A program made the position numbers and the translations under genes. From Clostridiales bacterium (lineage in GTDB: Bacteria; Bacillota; Clostridia; Saccharofermentanales; Saccharofermentanaceae), in the NCBI GenBank assembly GCA_017509245.1, contig JAFWQC010000009.1, positions 18,460 through 82,459 of the forward strand: a DNA stretch of 64,000 nucleotides, given 5' to 3'. Below are positions 30,644 through 39,802 of this stretch, in pieces. Below the pieces are notes generated by a model. It made no database searches and had not been told where the DNA came from. It saw only the letters and a list, made by a program, of their open reading frames with translations. Numbering within the stretch: the stretch's first letter is position 1; each line of letters opens with the position of its first letter.

Positions 30644-30805
30644 GGGGAGAAGCCCCGGCTGGATCCGCCGGCTTGTCTTTCCATAAAACAGGCCCGGAAA
30701 AATGTGTTTCCGTGGAAAAATCCGCATTTTTTCCACGGAAGAGCCAAAATTCATGCCCATTTTGTGGAACTCGAAAATGTATCTCGGAGCAAGCAAAAAT
30801 CTCTC

Positions 30806-30857
30806 TTGACAATAATGGTAAAACGTACCATAATACAAGTGGTACAAACAACCATAA
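30806..30857 (+). promoter_or_regulatory. Sigma-A promoter of nrtR overlapped by two tandem palindromic operators
   Basis: TTGACA (30806)-17nt-CATAAT (30829); ATGGTA-5nt-TACCAT (30815-30831) and TGGTA-5nt-AACCAT (30840-30855). Confidence 0.75.
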
Positions 30858-30869
30858 CGGAGGGAGCAC

Positions 30870-31631
30870 ATGAAAAAGCGCAATAACCCGTCAAAGGAAG
30901 AGAAAGAATTCCTGGAGCAATATGACGTTACTAAATTCGAGCGTCCTTCCGTTACGGCAGATATCGTTATCTTCACATTGGACGATGCTGATGAGCTGAA
31001 CATCCTTCTTATCAAGCGCGGAGGATTCCCTTATAAGGACTGCTGGGCAATCCCCGGCGGATTCCTCGAAGCGGGTAAGGAATCGATCGATGAAGCTGCA
31101 GCAAGGGAACTCAGGACTGAGACCAACATTGATGACGTATATCTCAAGCAGCTCTATACATTCGGCGATCTTGGAAGAGATCCCAGAACCACAGTCATAT
31201 CTGTTGCATATACAGCACTTGTACCAAAGCACAAACTTGATATAAAAGCCGGTGATGACGCCAAGGAAGCAAAACTCTTCGCTATTAAATATGACGTTAA
31301 CGGCATCATCTTCACAAACGGGAATACGGTAATTACCGAAAGTGATCTTGCGTTCGATCACGCCGAGATCATCAAGATGGCCATCACCAGATTAAGGAAT
31401 AGGATAGATTACGAAGATGATGCCTTTAACCTCCTTAAAAACAAAGAGAAATTCACTATCTCAGAACTCAAGAGGATCCACGAGACTATAAAGAACAGGA
31501 CTCTGGATCTTCCGAATTTCCGGAAGACCTTCTTGAGAGATTATGTCTCAACAGGCAAAGTGATCGACCTGAACAAGACTGAATCATCGAAGGGAAAACC
31601 GGCGCGGCTTTACAAGTATCTTGAGAGGTAA
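30870..31631 (+). CDS. nrtR: NrtR-type Nudix-family transcriptional regulator
   Basis: PSVTADIVIF, WAIPGGF, Nudix box AAARELRTET, RDPR, LAFDHAEII and a C-terminal wHTH ending GKPARLY. Confidence 0.88.
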   Translation: MKKRNNPSKEEKEFLEQYDVTKFERPSVTADIVIFTLDDADELNILLIKRGGFPYKDCWAIPGGFLEAGKESIDEAAARELRTETNIDDVYLKQLYTFGDLGRDPRTTVISVAYTALVPKHKLDIKAGDDAKEAKLFAIKYDVNGIIFTNGNTVITESDLAFDHAEIIKMAITRLRNRIDYEDDAFNLLKNKEKFTISELKRIHETIKNRTLDLPNFRKTFLRDYVSTGKVIDLNKTESSKGKPARLYKYLER

Positions 31632-31635
31632 GGAT

Positions 31636-32637
31636 ATGAGGCGCATCGTGACAGGGATCCTGATACTGGCACTGTTGCTGCCGTTGTCAGGCTGCCTGAA
31701 CCAAGAGAAGGATATAGATATTGACAGAGAGCATTTTCCGGATGAAGTGTTATGGGAAGCAGCAAGGAAAAAGGATCTTGATCACAACACAAAACTGAGC
31801 AGCGATGAGATAGAGAGCGCAACTAAGATCTATCTTGACGGAGTGCAGGATCTTACGGGATTAGAAGTATTTACAAGCCTTGACAGCATTAGTTTAAGAA
31901 ATGGGAAAAATATGAAATATGACTTTAAATGCTTTACCAATCTCAGGTCAATAGCCATCGACGGAACCTGGGCATCAGACCGCATAGATCTGAGCGGAAA
32001 TACAAACCTGCAATGGATCAAGATCAAATGCAAAAACCTTGAAGAATTGATCCTGCCGGAGGATGCTCCTCTTAAGGAATTAACATGCATCAAGTCACAG
32101 TTGACGGATATGGATCTTAACAACTATAAAAGCCTTAAGATCATCCACATTGAGAGCAATAATTCCATTACAGAACTGGAATTCAGCGGTTTGCCGGAAC
32201 TGACAGAACTTAACTGCAGTGACAATAAGCTCCTGAACAAGATAACCATAAGGGATTGCCCCAATCTGAAAAAACTGGAGTGCTCATTCAATAATCTTAC
32301 TGAACTGAATATCTCCGGATGCGAAGAACTGGAGGAGCTCAAGTGCATCTCGAATAATCTGTGCAAACTTGATGTAAGCGCTTACAAGAATCTGAAGTCA
32401 TTGGAATGTGATACTAATAACCTGACAGAATTAGATGTTACAGGGTGCCCTAATCTCGGCTGGCTTCTTTGTGAGGATAACGGACTGTCATCTTTGGATA
32501 TCAGAAACTGCCCTAAACTTACGGAACTGATGCAAAATGTTGAAGCGGAAGAACGTGCTAGCGGATGCATAGTTTACCGGGACAGGGATATTCGCATGCT
32601 GCGCTTTGATACTGACGTCAGATTAATAACGGACTGA
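31636..32637 (+). CDS. Leucine-rich-repeat lipoprotein
   Basis: Lipobox LSGC; repeated LxxLxCxxNxLxxLD units. Confidence 0.85.
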   Translation: MRRIVTGILILALLLPLSGCLNQEKDIDIDREHFPDEVLWEAARKKDLDHNTKLSSDEIESATKIYLDGVQDLTGLEVFTSLDSISLRNGKNMKYDFKCFTNLRSIAIDGTWASDRIDLSGNTNLQWIKIKCKNLEELILPEDAPLKELTCIKSQLTDMDLNNYKSLKIIHIESNNSITELEFSGLPELTELNCSDNKLLNKITIRDCPNLKKLECSFNNLTELNISGCEELEELKCISNNLCKLDVSAYKNLKSLECDTNNLTELDVTGCPNLGWLLCEDNGLSSLDIRNCPKLTELMQNVEAEERASGCIVYRDRDIRMLRFDTDVRLITD

Positions 32638-32675
32638 CAGGTGATATAAGCCTCAAAAACAGTTATTATACTCGT

Positions 32676-32855
32676 ATGGAAAACGAACACGGATTTATCA
32701 TTCCCGGCAATATAAAAAGCCTCATATCCGGCAGGGAATACACTACTGACGATACCGGCATGTCCGGTTCCTGCATCATGATCTTTGACGCGCTGGGCAT
32801 AGAACCTGACCGGGATAAGATAGATTATTTCATCCTGCTGGATGAACTGTTTTGA
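32676..32855 (+). pseudogene. Internally deleted aminoglycoside 3'-phosphotransferase (APH(3')-like) remnant, 59 aa
   Basis: The N-terminus (...DDTGMSGS) is joined in frame to the C-terminal FDALGIEPDRDKIDYFILLDELF, which matches the APH(3')-III C-terminus; the catalytic core is absent. Confidence 0.75.
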
Positions 32856-32892
32856 ATCCGGGTTAATAAGTTAACGAGAGTGGGAATTGCAG

Positions 32893-33429
32893 ATGCTTTT
32901 TTGGAATAAAACTATACCTCAATTGAATATCGATCAACGCGAGTATAAACCATTCATCAAAAATGATTGGTTTAGAAAGCATTACATGTGGTTTGCATAC
33001 GGCCTCATGATTCTTATTTACCTCACTGCTTTCTTTACGGGCGGTTTCCGGGCAGGGAACATAATAATTAGAATACTGGTCTTTCTTGCTGTTTATCCGG
33101 TTCATGAATTGCTTCATATCGTTACCGTTTGCAGAAAAGGAGATATCTATCTCAGTCATTCCGGGATTTATTTCTGGCTTACACCCGATATCGAATTGAG
33201 CAAGGGAAGGTTCTGGATCTTCATTACTTTGCCGCTCATTATACTTACGGGATTTACCGGTGCCGGTGCTGTTTTCGCTTCAGGCGCGCTAAGAGAATAT
33301 CTCGCTTATATAGCATGGATCAATGCGTTCATTGCAGGATCTGACATCATCAATTCATTTCTTATTCTAATCAAGCCTTCCGGTTCTTCGTTCTACAGAG
33401 GATATTACAGGTTAAAGGAAACCGGATGA
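32893..33429 (+). CDS. DUF3267-like membrane protein (HExxH, putative zincin)
   Basis: VHELLH, P-containing TM segment and N...GSD motif. Confidence 0.65.
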   Translation: MLFWNKTIPQLNIDQREYKPFIKNDWFRKHYMWFAYGLMILIYLTAFFTGGFRAGNIIIRILVFLAVYPVHELLHIVTVCRKGDIYLSHSGIYFWLTPDIELSKGRFWIFITLPLIILTGFTGAGAVFASGALREYLAYIAWINAFIAGSDIINSFLILIKPSGSSFYRGYYRLKETG

Positions 33430-33457
33430 AAACATTAAGCGTTGCGAGGGAAGAATA

Positions 33458-34246
33458 ATGTACGGAGCAGTTTTCGGAGACATAATAGGTTCGTCTTACG
33501 AGTGGCACAATGTCAGAACGGAAGATTTTGAACTGTTTCCAAAAGGCGCGCATTTTACTGACGATACGGTGCTCACTGTGGCTGTTGCCGACAGCATTCT
33601 TAACATGGACGGGACAGTGCCGCGCAAGTGTTATGCGCAGCATATAAAGACTTATTATTCGCGTTATCCGCACGCAGGGTTTGGCCAGATGTTCATTAAC
33701 TGGGCGGAGTCGGATTCTCTTTATGTTCAGAAGAGCTACGGCAACGGTGCTTCAATGCGCGTTTCCGCGATCGGCTGGGCATTTGAAGATGAGGACACGA
33801 TAAGAAAACAGGTCAGCGAGAGCTGCTATTATACCCACCATAACCGTGAAGCAGTAAGTTGCGCGCAGGCTGTTGCGCTGGCAGTATTCTATGCCAGGAA
33901 AGGCGTGGATAAGAATGAGATACGCCGCCGTCTGGAAGAAGAATTCAAGCTCTATTTTGTTCCGATCGCCGATGTGCGGGACGGATATCAGTTTGACTCA
34001 AGATCAATCAATTCGGTGCCGCATGCCATAGAGGCATTTTTCGAGACGGACGATTACGAATCGTGCATAAGAAGAGCAATATCCTTGGGCGGTGACAGTG
34101 ATACGATCGCTGCGATCGCCGGCGGTATTGCTGAAGCATATTACGGTGAGATCCCGGCCCATATCGTGAGCAAAGGCAAACTCATCCTGGACAGCGGACT
34201 GAAGCGTGTTTTGAATCAGTTTGAGGAAAGATACGGCAGTAGATAA
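33458..34246 (+). CDS. ADP-ribosylglycohydrolase family protein
   Basis: GDIIGS, FTDDT, SYGNGASMR and GGDSDTIAAIAG motifs. Confidence 0.92.
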   Translation: MYGAVFGDIIGSSYEWHNVRTEDFELFPKGAHFTDDTVLTVAVADSILNMDGTVPRKCYAQHIKTYYSRYPHAGFGQMFINWAESDSLYVQKSYGNGASMRVSAIGWAFEDEDTIRKQVSESCYYTHHNREAVSCAQAVALAVFYARKGVDKNEIRRRLEEEFKLYFVPIADVRDGYQFDSRSINSVPHAIEAFFETDDYESCIRRAISLGGDSDTIAAIAGGIAEAYYGEIPAHIVSKGKLILDSGLKRVLNQFEERYGSR

Positions 34247-34266
34247 AACCGTTTCCGTAAAACTTA

Positions 34267-34303
34267 AACAGGGGCTGTCCGTTATATTTGGACAACCCCT
34301 GTT
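34267..34303. terminator. Bidirectional terminator-like hairpin
   Basis: AACAGGGGCTGTCC...GGACAACCCCTGTT between convergent genes. Confidence 0.65.
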
Positions 34304-34321
34304 CAGTTATAGACTTAATGC

Positions 34322-34693
34322 TTATAAATTCTCTTCGATCGTTGCTTCCGGAGCATTCTTCTTTACAGATTCGATTCCGTTAAGGCAGCTGTCGATCTTT
34401 GTATAGCCTTCGCTTGCTGCGATGATCTGGCCGTTCTTTGCCTTTAAGCGGAAACGGAATTCACCGCCCTTGTCCTCGTAAACCTCGAATTTGGGATTAA
34501 CTTCTTCCTTAAAGTCCTTCTCTGTCTGGTTTTCGATGTTTGCGATGGGTGCGTTTGTCACAATGGATGCGATGCCTGCTTTAGCAGTATCAACTGATGC
34601 GTAAACCTGACTTGTGGCAATTACTTGTCCGTTGCCTGCAACCAGATTGAACCTGAAGCCGTTGCTTGTTGATGTTAATACAAATTTCGCCAT
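34322..34693 (-). CDS. yegP: YegP/DUF1508 family protein (two repeats)
   Basis: FRFNLVAGNGQVIATSQ and FRFRLKAKNGQIIAASEGY repeats; GGAGG RBS before ATG 34693. Confidence 0.88.
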   Translation of the reverse strand: MAKFVLTSTSNGFRFNLVAGNGQVIATSQVYASVDTAKAGIASIVTNAPIANIENQTEKDFKEEVNPKFEVYEDKGGEFRFRLKAKNGQIIAASEGYTKIDSCLNGIESVKKNAPEATIEENL

Positions 34694-34819
34694 AAAAAAC
34701 CTCCTATGAAACAGATTGGTTAATTGTAAAAGCATTTTAATAATAGCAAAGTAGACACCTGTCCACAAGTAAATGATACTATTAAGACTAAAGTTGACTT
34801 AGTGAAAGTTGGTGTTTTT

Positions 34820-35296
34820 ATGGTGATCCGTCTGGCGGTAAAAGAAGATACGGCTGTTGTGGGCGAAGTCCATTCTCTGGCCTGGAAGCAAACGTATCAG
34901 GGCATTTTCGCGAGAGGGTACATAGATGAGGATTCGCCTTCTAAAAGAAGCGCCGAGTTCCTCCGTTACATTGAAGATGAGCGCTGCGTCTATCTGCTTC
35001 TTGAAGAGAATTCACGTGCGGCCGGTATCGTTAAGCTTTTTTCCGATGGCTCGAAAATTGAGATCGCAAGCATCTATATCCTTGAAGAATTCAGGGGCCT
35101 GGGGTTCGGTCGTGAGGCGATCAGATACATCAGGTCAGAATATAAGGATCAAAAGGTTATACTGTGGGTGCTGGAAGTGAACACGAATGCCAGGGCGTTC
35201 TATGAGAAATGCGGTTTTGTATTAACTGACTGTGTCCGTACGATCAGCCGCGGCGGTGAGTTCAGACAGCTTATGTATGTGAGTGAAGGAGAATGA
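34820..35296 (+). CDS. GNAT family N-acetyltransferase
   Basis: FRGLGFG and LWVLEVNTNARAFYEKCGF motifs. Confidence 0.9.
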   Translation: MVIRLAVKEDTAVVGEVHSLAWKQTYQGIFARGYIDEDSPSKRSAEFLRYIEDERCVYLLLEENSRAAGIVKLFSDGSKIEIASIYILEEFRGLGFGREAIRYIRSEYKDQKVILWVLEVNTNARAFYEKCGFVLTDCVRTISRGGEFRQLMYVSEGE

Positions 35297-35297
35297 T

Positions 35298-35801
35298 ATG
35301 GCGGAAAAGATACTGGTATTGATGGCAGACCTGGACGGTGAAACACAGAAGATCTTATCGGGCTGGTATGACGAGCTGACCCTGGCAGGGTTTGAAGGCA
35401 AACAGACATTAGGACTGCCTTACCACATCACCATGTCCACATATCCGCTCGAGAAGGAAGCTGAAGCAGTCGAACATATGAAGAAGGTTGCATCCGGTTT
35501 TGCTCCGTTTACGGTGCACCTGAGTCATATGGGAATGTTCGCCGGCGGAAGCGTTCTTTTCGCAGGCCCGGAAAGAAATCCTGAACTCGACAGACTTCAT
35601 GAGGCATGTGATCTCGGCGTCGTTCAGGAGCATCCATGGACACCACATACAACAATACTTATCAACGAACCCGAAGTTGTTCATGCGGCTCTGCCTACGG
35701 TCGTGAAGTCATTCAGACCTTTGGCGGCAACTGTCACGAGACTTCATCTTTGCGCATTCTGGCCGACCAGAGAGATCGCGGCATATGAATTGAAAGGCTG
35801 A
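35298..35801 (+). CDS. 2H phosphoesterase (2'-5' RNA ligase superfamily)
   Basis: Two HxT motifs: PYHITM and TPHTTI. Confidence 0.85.
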   Translation: MAEKILVLMADLDGETQKILSGWYDELTLAGFEGKQTLGLPYHITMSTYPLEKEAEAVEHMKKVASGFAPFTVHLSHMGMFAGGSVLFAGPERNPELDRLHEACDLGVVQEHPWTPHTTILINEPEVVHAALPTVVKSFRPLAATVTRLHLCAFWPTREIAAYELKG

Positions 35802-35878
35802 CAATTTTCCGCAAACGGGGAAATGTCCCTTTCACTGATCTCGTCCATAATGGGCTTGTAAGCAGGAGGACCTAAAGC

Positions 35879-36769
35879 ATGGAATGGATCGAAGCATTAC
35901 AAAAAGCTATCACGTATATGGAAGATCATCTTCTCGAGGAGATCAACTATGAAGACGTAGCGAAGCAGGTGCACACGTCAAGCTACGAGTTTCACAGGGC
36001 TTTCAGTTTCGTGACGGGCTTAACGGCCAACGCATACATCCGCAACCGCCGCTTATCTCTGGCGGGAAGGGAACTCGTTGAGACCGATGCGAAGATCACG
36101 GATCTGGCAATGAAATACGGCTACGAGACACCGGAGAGCTTTACTAAAGCTTTTACAAGGTTTCATGGTGTTGCGCCTAAGACGGCCAGAGAAGAAGCCG
36201 GCAAACTTGTGCTTTTCAATCCGCTTACGATTACATTATCCGTGAAAGGTGGTAAGAGTATGGATTACCGTATAGTACAGACAAAAGAAAAGAAGTTTAT
36301 TGCACTCGTAAGAGAATTCAGCAACGCGATCATCAACGATGAAGCAAACCACGACGTGGCAGACTTCTGGGGCGAGGTCAACAGCAATCAGATGCTTTCT
36401 CCCATCTGGATGCTTAGAGAAGACGGAAAGCGCGACCTTTACGGTCTTTGCAGCCCGACGACAGAAGGACAGGATACTTTCGAATATGGTATCGGCATCA
36501 TCATCGATGAGGACACTGCCGCTTTTGATCAGGCAGATCTTGAGAAGAAAGGATTCCGTATCTGGGACGTCAAGCCCGGTACATATGTAGTCTTTGATTG
36601 TATTGGCGAAGATGGCGACTGCATCGCAAAGACATGGGTGAATTTCTATAAGGAATTCCTGCCCCAGATGGGTTACGAAGCAGGCAATGAGACTGACTAC
36701 GAACTCTACTTCGACAACAGCAGACCTGATCTTTTCTGCGAATTATGGATACCGATCGTTAAGAAGTGA
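35879..36769 (+). CDS. AraC-family regulator with GyrI-like effector domain
   Basis: YIRNRRLS...YGYETPESFTKAFTRFHG; C-terminal ELWIPI. Confidence 0.93.
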   Translation: MEWIEALQKAITYMEDHLLEEINYEDVAKQVHTSSYEFHRAFSFVTGLTANAYIRNRRLSLAGRELVETDAKITDLAMKYGYETPESFTKAFTRFHGVAPKTAREEAGKLVLFNPLTITLSVKGGKSMDYRIVQTKEKKFIALVREFSNAIINDEANHDVADFWGEVNSNQMLSPIWMLREDGKRDLYGLCSPTTEGQDTFEYGIGIIIDEDTAAFDQADLEKKGFRIWDVKPGTYVVFDCIGEDGDCIAKTWVNFYKEFLPQMGYEAGNETDYELYFDNSRPDLFCELWIPIVKK

Positions 36770-36789
36770 GACCGGTGAATTGATCTGAA

Positions 36790-36820
36790 GCTGCCCCGGA
36801 CAAATCTGTGTTCCGGGGCA
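36790..36820 (+). terminator. Rho-independent terminator
   Basis: CTGCCCCGGA...TCCGGGGCAG followed by AATTTTGTTT. Confidence 0.7.
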
Positions 36821-37103
36821 GAATTTTGTTTGCATGTAATTTTGGTGGTTGGAAATCCAACCATATTTCATTTTTGTTTTCCACCGGGGTATACGGCTGT
36901 TTTTCTGACGTATGCTGACGTCATTGACTGCAAAGACTGCAGGTGCTACCGTACGCTCTGTTAAATATCTCATCCACATCACTTTTCAAGGATTGCTTTT
37001 TCTTATCTTTCTTACGGAAGCATTAGCTCAAATCACGAAAAAATATATGCTTTAATGATGAGTGTGTTAACTATTAAATGTGTAGTTTTATTTTTTGTAA
37101 TAC

Positions 37104-38039
37104 TTAGTTTCTTACTATCTCTGTTGTATAAATATATTTTGGATTGACTTCAATTACACCTGAAGAGAATACTCCATTTGGCAAATAATTGAACCTTGAA
37201 GCCCCATCTAAATCTCTTCGTCTTATTGATTTAATAAGCATTTTATATAAACGAATATAGTATTTTTCTTTAGTAATTATCTCGTCATCACAATGAATGT
37301 TGATTTCTAATTTTTCTAATGGAATTTTTGAAAAATTATAAGGTGCAAATGTTAGCCAGTCTTTTTTTTGCATAAAGAAACTATGACACGTGTATGAAGT
37401 TTCTACTATAAAAGATTCATTTTTCCCAATTGGTTTATCAAATAACAACGGAATAATGATCATATTGCTTTTATCACAGATATGATCATCATCGGTTTTC
37501 ATATTAGTTTTTTGAGTAGTGCCACCACCGTAATTTATTACCTGATTTGCGGAAAATGCTAGTTTAGAATATGATGTGGATGAAGCAGTAAATAGACGAA
37601 AGAAGAAGCGGTCAAGATTCTTCTTGTTAGTGTTCTTTCCTTCAAAACGCCATTCGAATCTCATGTCGCAATCTTCATTATTATTTGAATATTCACTTCT
37701 GTAATTTACAACAGAAATATCAACAGTCGCTTTGTCTATTCTAACAGTATTTGCATACAAGTCTTTGTTTAAAAACATTTGAATAGCAGAAGTTAAATTT
37801 ACTCGCTCGTTATTCTCCAATGCTTTGATGAATGATAGTTGGCATTTGTAGTTATAAGTGAAACCAATTAGAACAAAAATAAAACATCCCTGAATAATAA
37901 CGAGGCAGGAAAGAACAATAGTATGAGGAAAATCTTTTATAAACCAGGATACGATCGTGAGTATAAACTGAATTATTGTGGCTATAAGAACTAAAAGTTC
38001 TCCAAACTTATATAACCAAGTTTCGCGAATGTTATCCAT
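37104..38039 (-). CDS. AT-rich orphan protein with N-terminal 2-TM anchor
   Basis: 311-aa ORF; visibly much more AT-rich than its neighbours; GGGGA RBS. Confidence 0.7.
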   Translation of the reverse strand: MDNIRETWLYKFGELLVLIATIIQFILTIVSWFIKDFPHTIVLSCLVIIQGCFIFVLIGFTYNYKCQLSFIKALENNERVNLTSAIQMFLNKDLYANTVRIDKATVDISVVNYRSEYSNNNEDCDMRFEWRFEGKNTNKKNLDRFFFRLFTASSTSYSKLAFSANQVINYGGGTTQKTNMKTDDDHICDKSNMIIIPLLFDKPIGKNESFIVETSYTCHSFFMQKKDWLTFAPYNFSKIPLEKLEINIHCDDEIITKEKYYIRLYKMLIKSIRRRDLDGASRFNYLPNGVFSSGVIEVNPKYIYTTEIVRN

Positions 38040-38206
38040 ATGTCCCCCATAATATTTCAATAATCAAAGTAATAAATTCATTATATCATCACTAACAAGA
38101 ATTGCTATTCATATCAAATAAAAGATATCAAAACAATTAATGGGGATTTTTAATCACCATAATAGGCAATGGTAAAATATGCAAAAAGCTATTTGGAGGA
38201 TCCATC

Positions 38207-38617
38207 ATGAGATTAGACGGGTTTGGTTTGTTTGTTGAAGATCTGGGCGTAATGATTCCTTTTTACAGGGACGTGCTCGGATTTGAGATCAAGGAGAAGC
38301 CTGAGGACGGGAATGTATACCTTGTAAAGGACGGGACGCTTTTCCTGATGTTCGGAAGGAAAGACTTTGAGAAGATGACAAGCCGCACATACGAATATTT
38401 AAAGGGTCCCAACGGACATTTTGAACTTGCGCTCTATGTCGATACTTATGATGAAGTTGACGCTGAGTTCAAGCGTATCGTGGAGCAGAGCGGAACGCCT
38501 GTTCTTGAGCCGACGACTGAGCCATGGGGACAGAGGACGTGCTATATTGCCGACCCTGAAGGCAATCTTATTGAGATAGGTTCCTGGGACAAACCTTACG
38601 AAGAGAAGGATCTGTAA
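38207..38617 (+). CDS. VOC/glyoxalase family protein
   Basis: FYRDVLGF and EPWGQR...DPEGNLIEI motifs. Confidence 0.92.
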   Translation: MRLDGFGLFVEDLGVMIPFYRDVLGFEIKEKPEDGNVYLVKDGTLFLMFGRKDFEKMTSRTYEYLKGPNGHFELALYVDTYDEVDAEFKRIVEQSGTPVLEPTTEPWGQRTCYIADPEGNLIEIGSWDKPYEEKDL

Positions 38618-39061
38618 GTGGAGATAGTTGAATACAGTGAAGAGTATAAGAAGAGCGTTTTCGAGTTTACGGAAAGATGCTTTGAAGAGCTTGGCAAAAA
38701 GTTCGAGCCTGACGGACGTCACAGCTTCTATAATGACATCGCGGATGAGTTTGATGTGTTCTATTGCGTGCTCGAGGATAACCGCGTCACGGGAACCGTG
38801 GGCTTGAAGAAGTTCAATACCGATACCGTGGAGCTTAAGGCTTTGTATCTGGATAAAGGCCTGAGAGGGCAGGGCATTGGCCGCAAGCTGATGGATAAGG
38901 CCGTCTCGGCTGCAAAAGAACTCGGGTATAAGAGCATTGTCCTTGATTCGATGTCAAAGTATAAGGACGCCAGAAGGCTTTATGAACGTGCGGGTTTTAA
39001 GGATACGGAAAGATATAACGATAATTTGCATGCCGATGTTTTTATGAGGCTGGAGCTTTAA
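38618..39061 (+). CDS. GNAT family N-acetyltransferase
   Basis: ELKALYL...RGQGIG...LYERAGF. Confidence 0.9.
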   Translation: MEIVEYSEEYKKSVFEFTERCFEELGKKFEPDGRHSFYNDIADEFDVFYCVLEDNRVTGTVGLKKFNTDTVELKALYLDKGLRGQGIGRKLMDKAVSAAKELGYKSIVLDSMSKYKDARRLYERAGFKDTERYNDNLHADVFMRLEL

Positions 39062-39118
39062 CTTACATTTAAGCCGCAAAGGCCTGCTTCCTTAAGTGGT
39101 ATAATCCAGTCGGGAGTA

Positions 39119-39802
39119 ATGAAAATGTATAAGATCTATATAGTTGAAGATGACAAGGGAATTGCTGAAGGTATCATAGGGTGCCTTAAGAATTTCGGCA
39201 TGGAGGGCAGAGTGGTCTCTGACTTCATGAAGGTCATGGAAGAGATAAGTGAATACGATCCGCACCTGATAATCATGGATATCACTTTGCCTTATATGGG
39301 CGGCTACCACTGGTGCCAGGAGATCAGGAAGACCAGCAAGGTGCCGATAATATTCATATCTTCCGCGACCGACAACATGAATATCGTCATGGCGATCAAT
39401 ATGGGCGCGGATGATTTTATTGCAAAGCCCTTTGACCAGAGCGTGCTTATCGCAAAGGTATCTGCGCTCTTAAGAAGGACTTATGATTTTGCACAGTCCG
39501 GAAGCACACTCGAAGTTGCCGGCGCCGTGCTCAATACCAATAACAACACACTTTCGTATAACGGCAGGGATATAGATCTTGCGCGCAACGAATATAAGAT
39601 CCTGTTAACGCTCGTTCAGAACAAGAACAAGGTCGTAAGCCGTGAGAAGCTCATGGAGGCGTTGTGGGAGACCGACTGCTATGTCGACGAGAATACGCTT
39701 ACCGTAAACGTCGGGCGTCTTAGAAAGACTCTTGAGAATGCCGGATTAAAGGATCTGATCAAGACCAAGTTCGGTGTGGGATATATCCTGGAGGATCAAT
39801 GA
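39119..39802 (+). CDS. OmpR-family response regulator (BceR/GraR-like)
   Basis: IVEDD, MDITLP, GYHWCQEIRK, GADDFIAKPF and NTLTVNV motifs. Confidence 0.93.
   Translation: MKMYKIYIVEDDKGIAEGIIGCLKNFGMEGRVVSDFMKVMEEISEYDPHLIIMDITLPYMGGYHWCQEIRKTSKVPIIFISSATDNMNIVMAINMGADDFIAKPFDQSVLIAKVSALLRRTYDFAQSGSTLEVAGAVLNTNNNTLSYNGRDIDLARNEYKILLTLVQNKNKVVSREKLMEALWETDCYVDENTLTVNVGRLRKTLENAGLKDLIKTKFGVGYILEDQ

Noticed and set aside
35298-35801. 2H phosphoesterase as part of the rtcB RNA-repair locus
   Set aside because: It lies about 10 kb from the DUF2828-rtcB genes, separated by unrelated operons, so there is no evidence of linkage
36918-37023. Small Cys-containing peptide on the minus strand (...EIFNRAYGSTCSLCSQ)
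   Set aside because: No convincing in-frame start or RBS, and no modifying enzymes nearby
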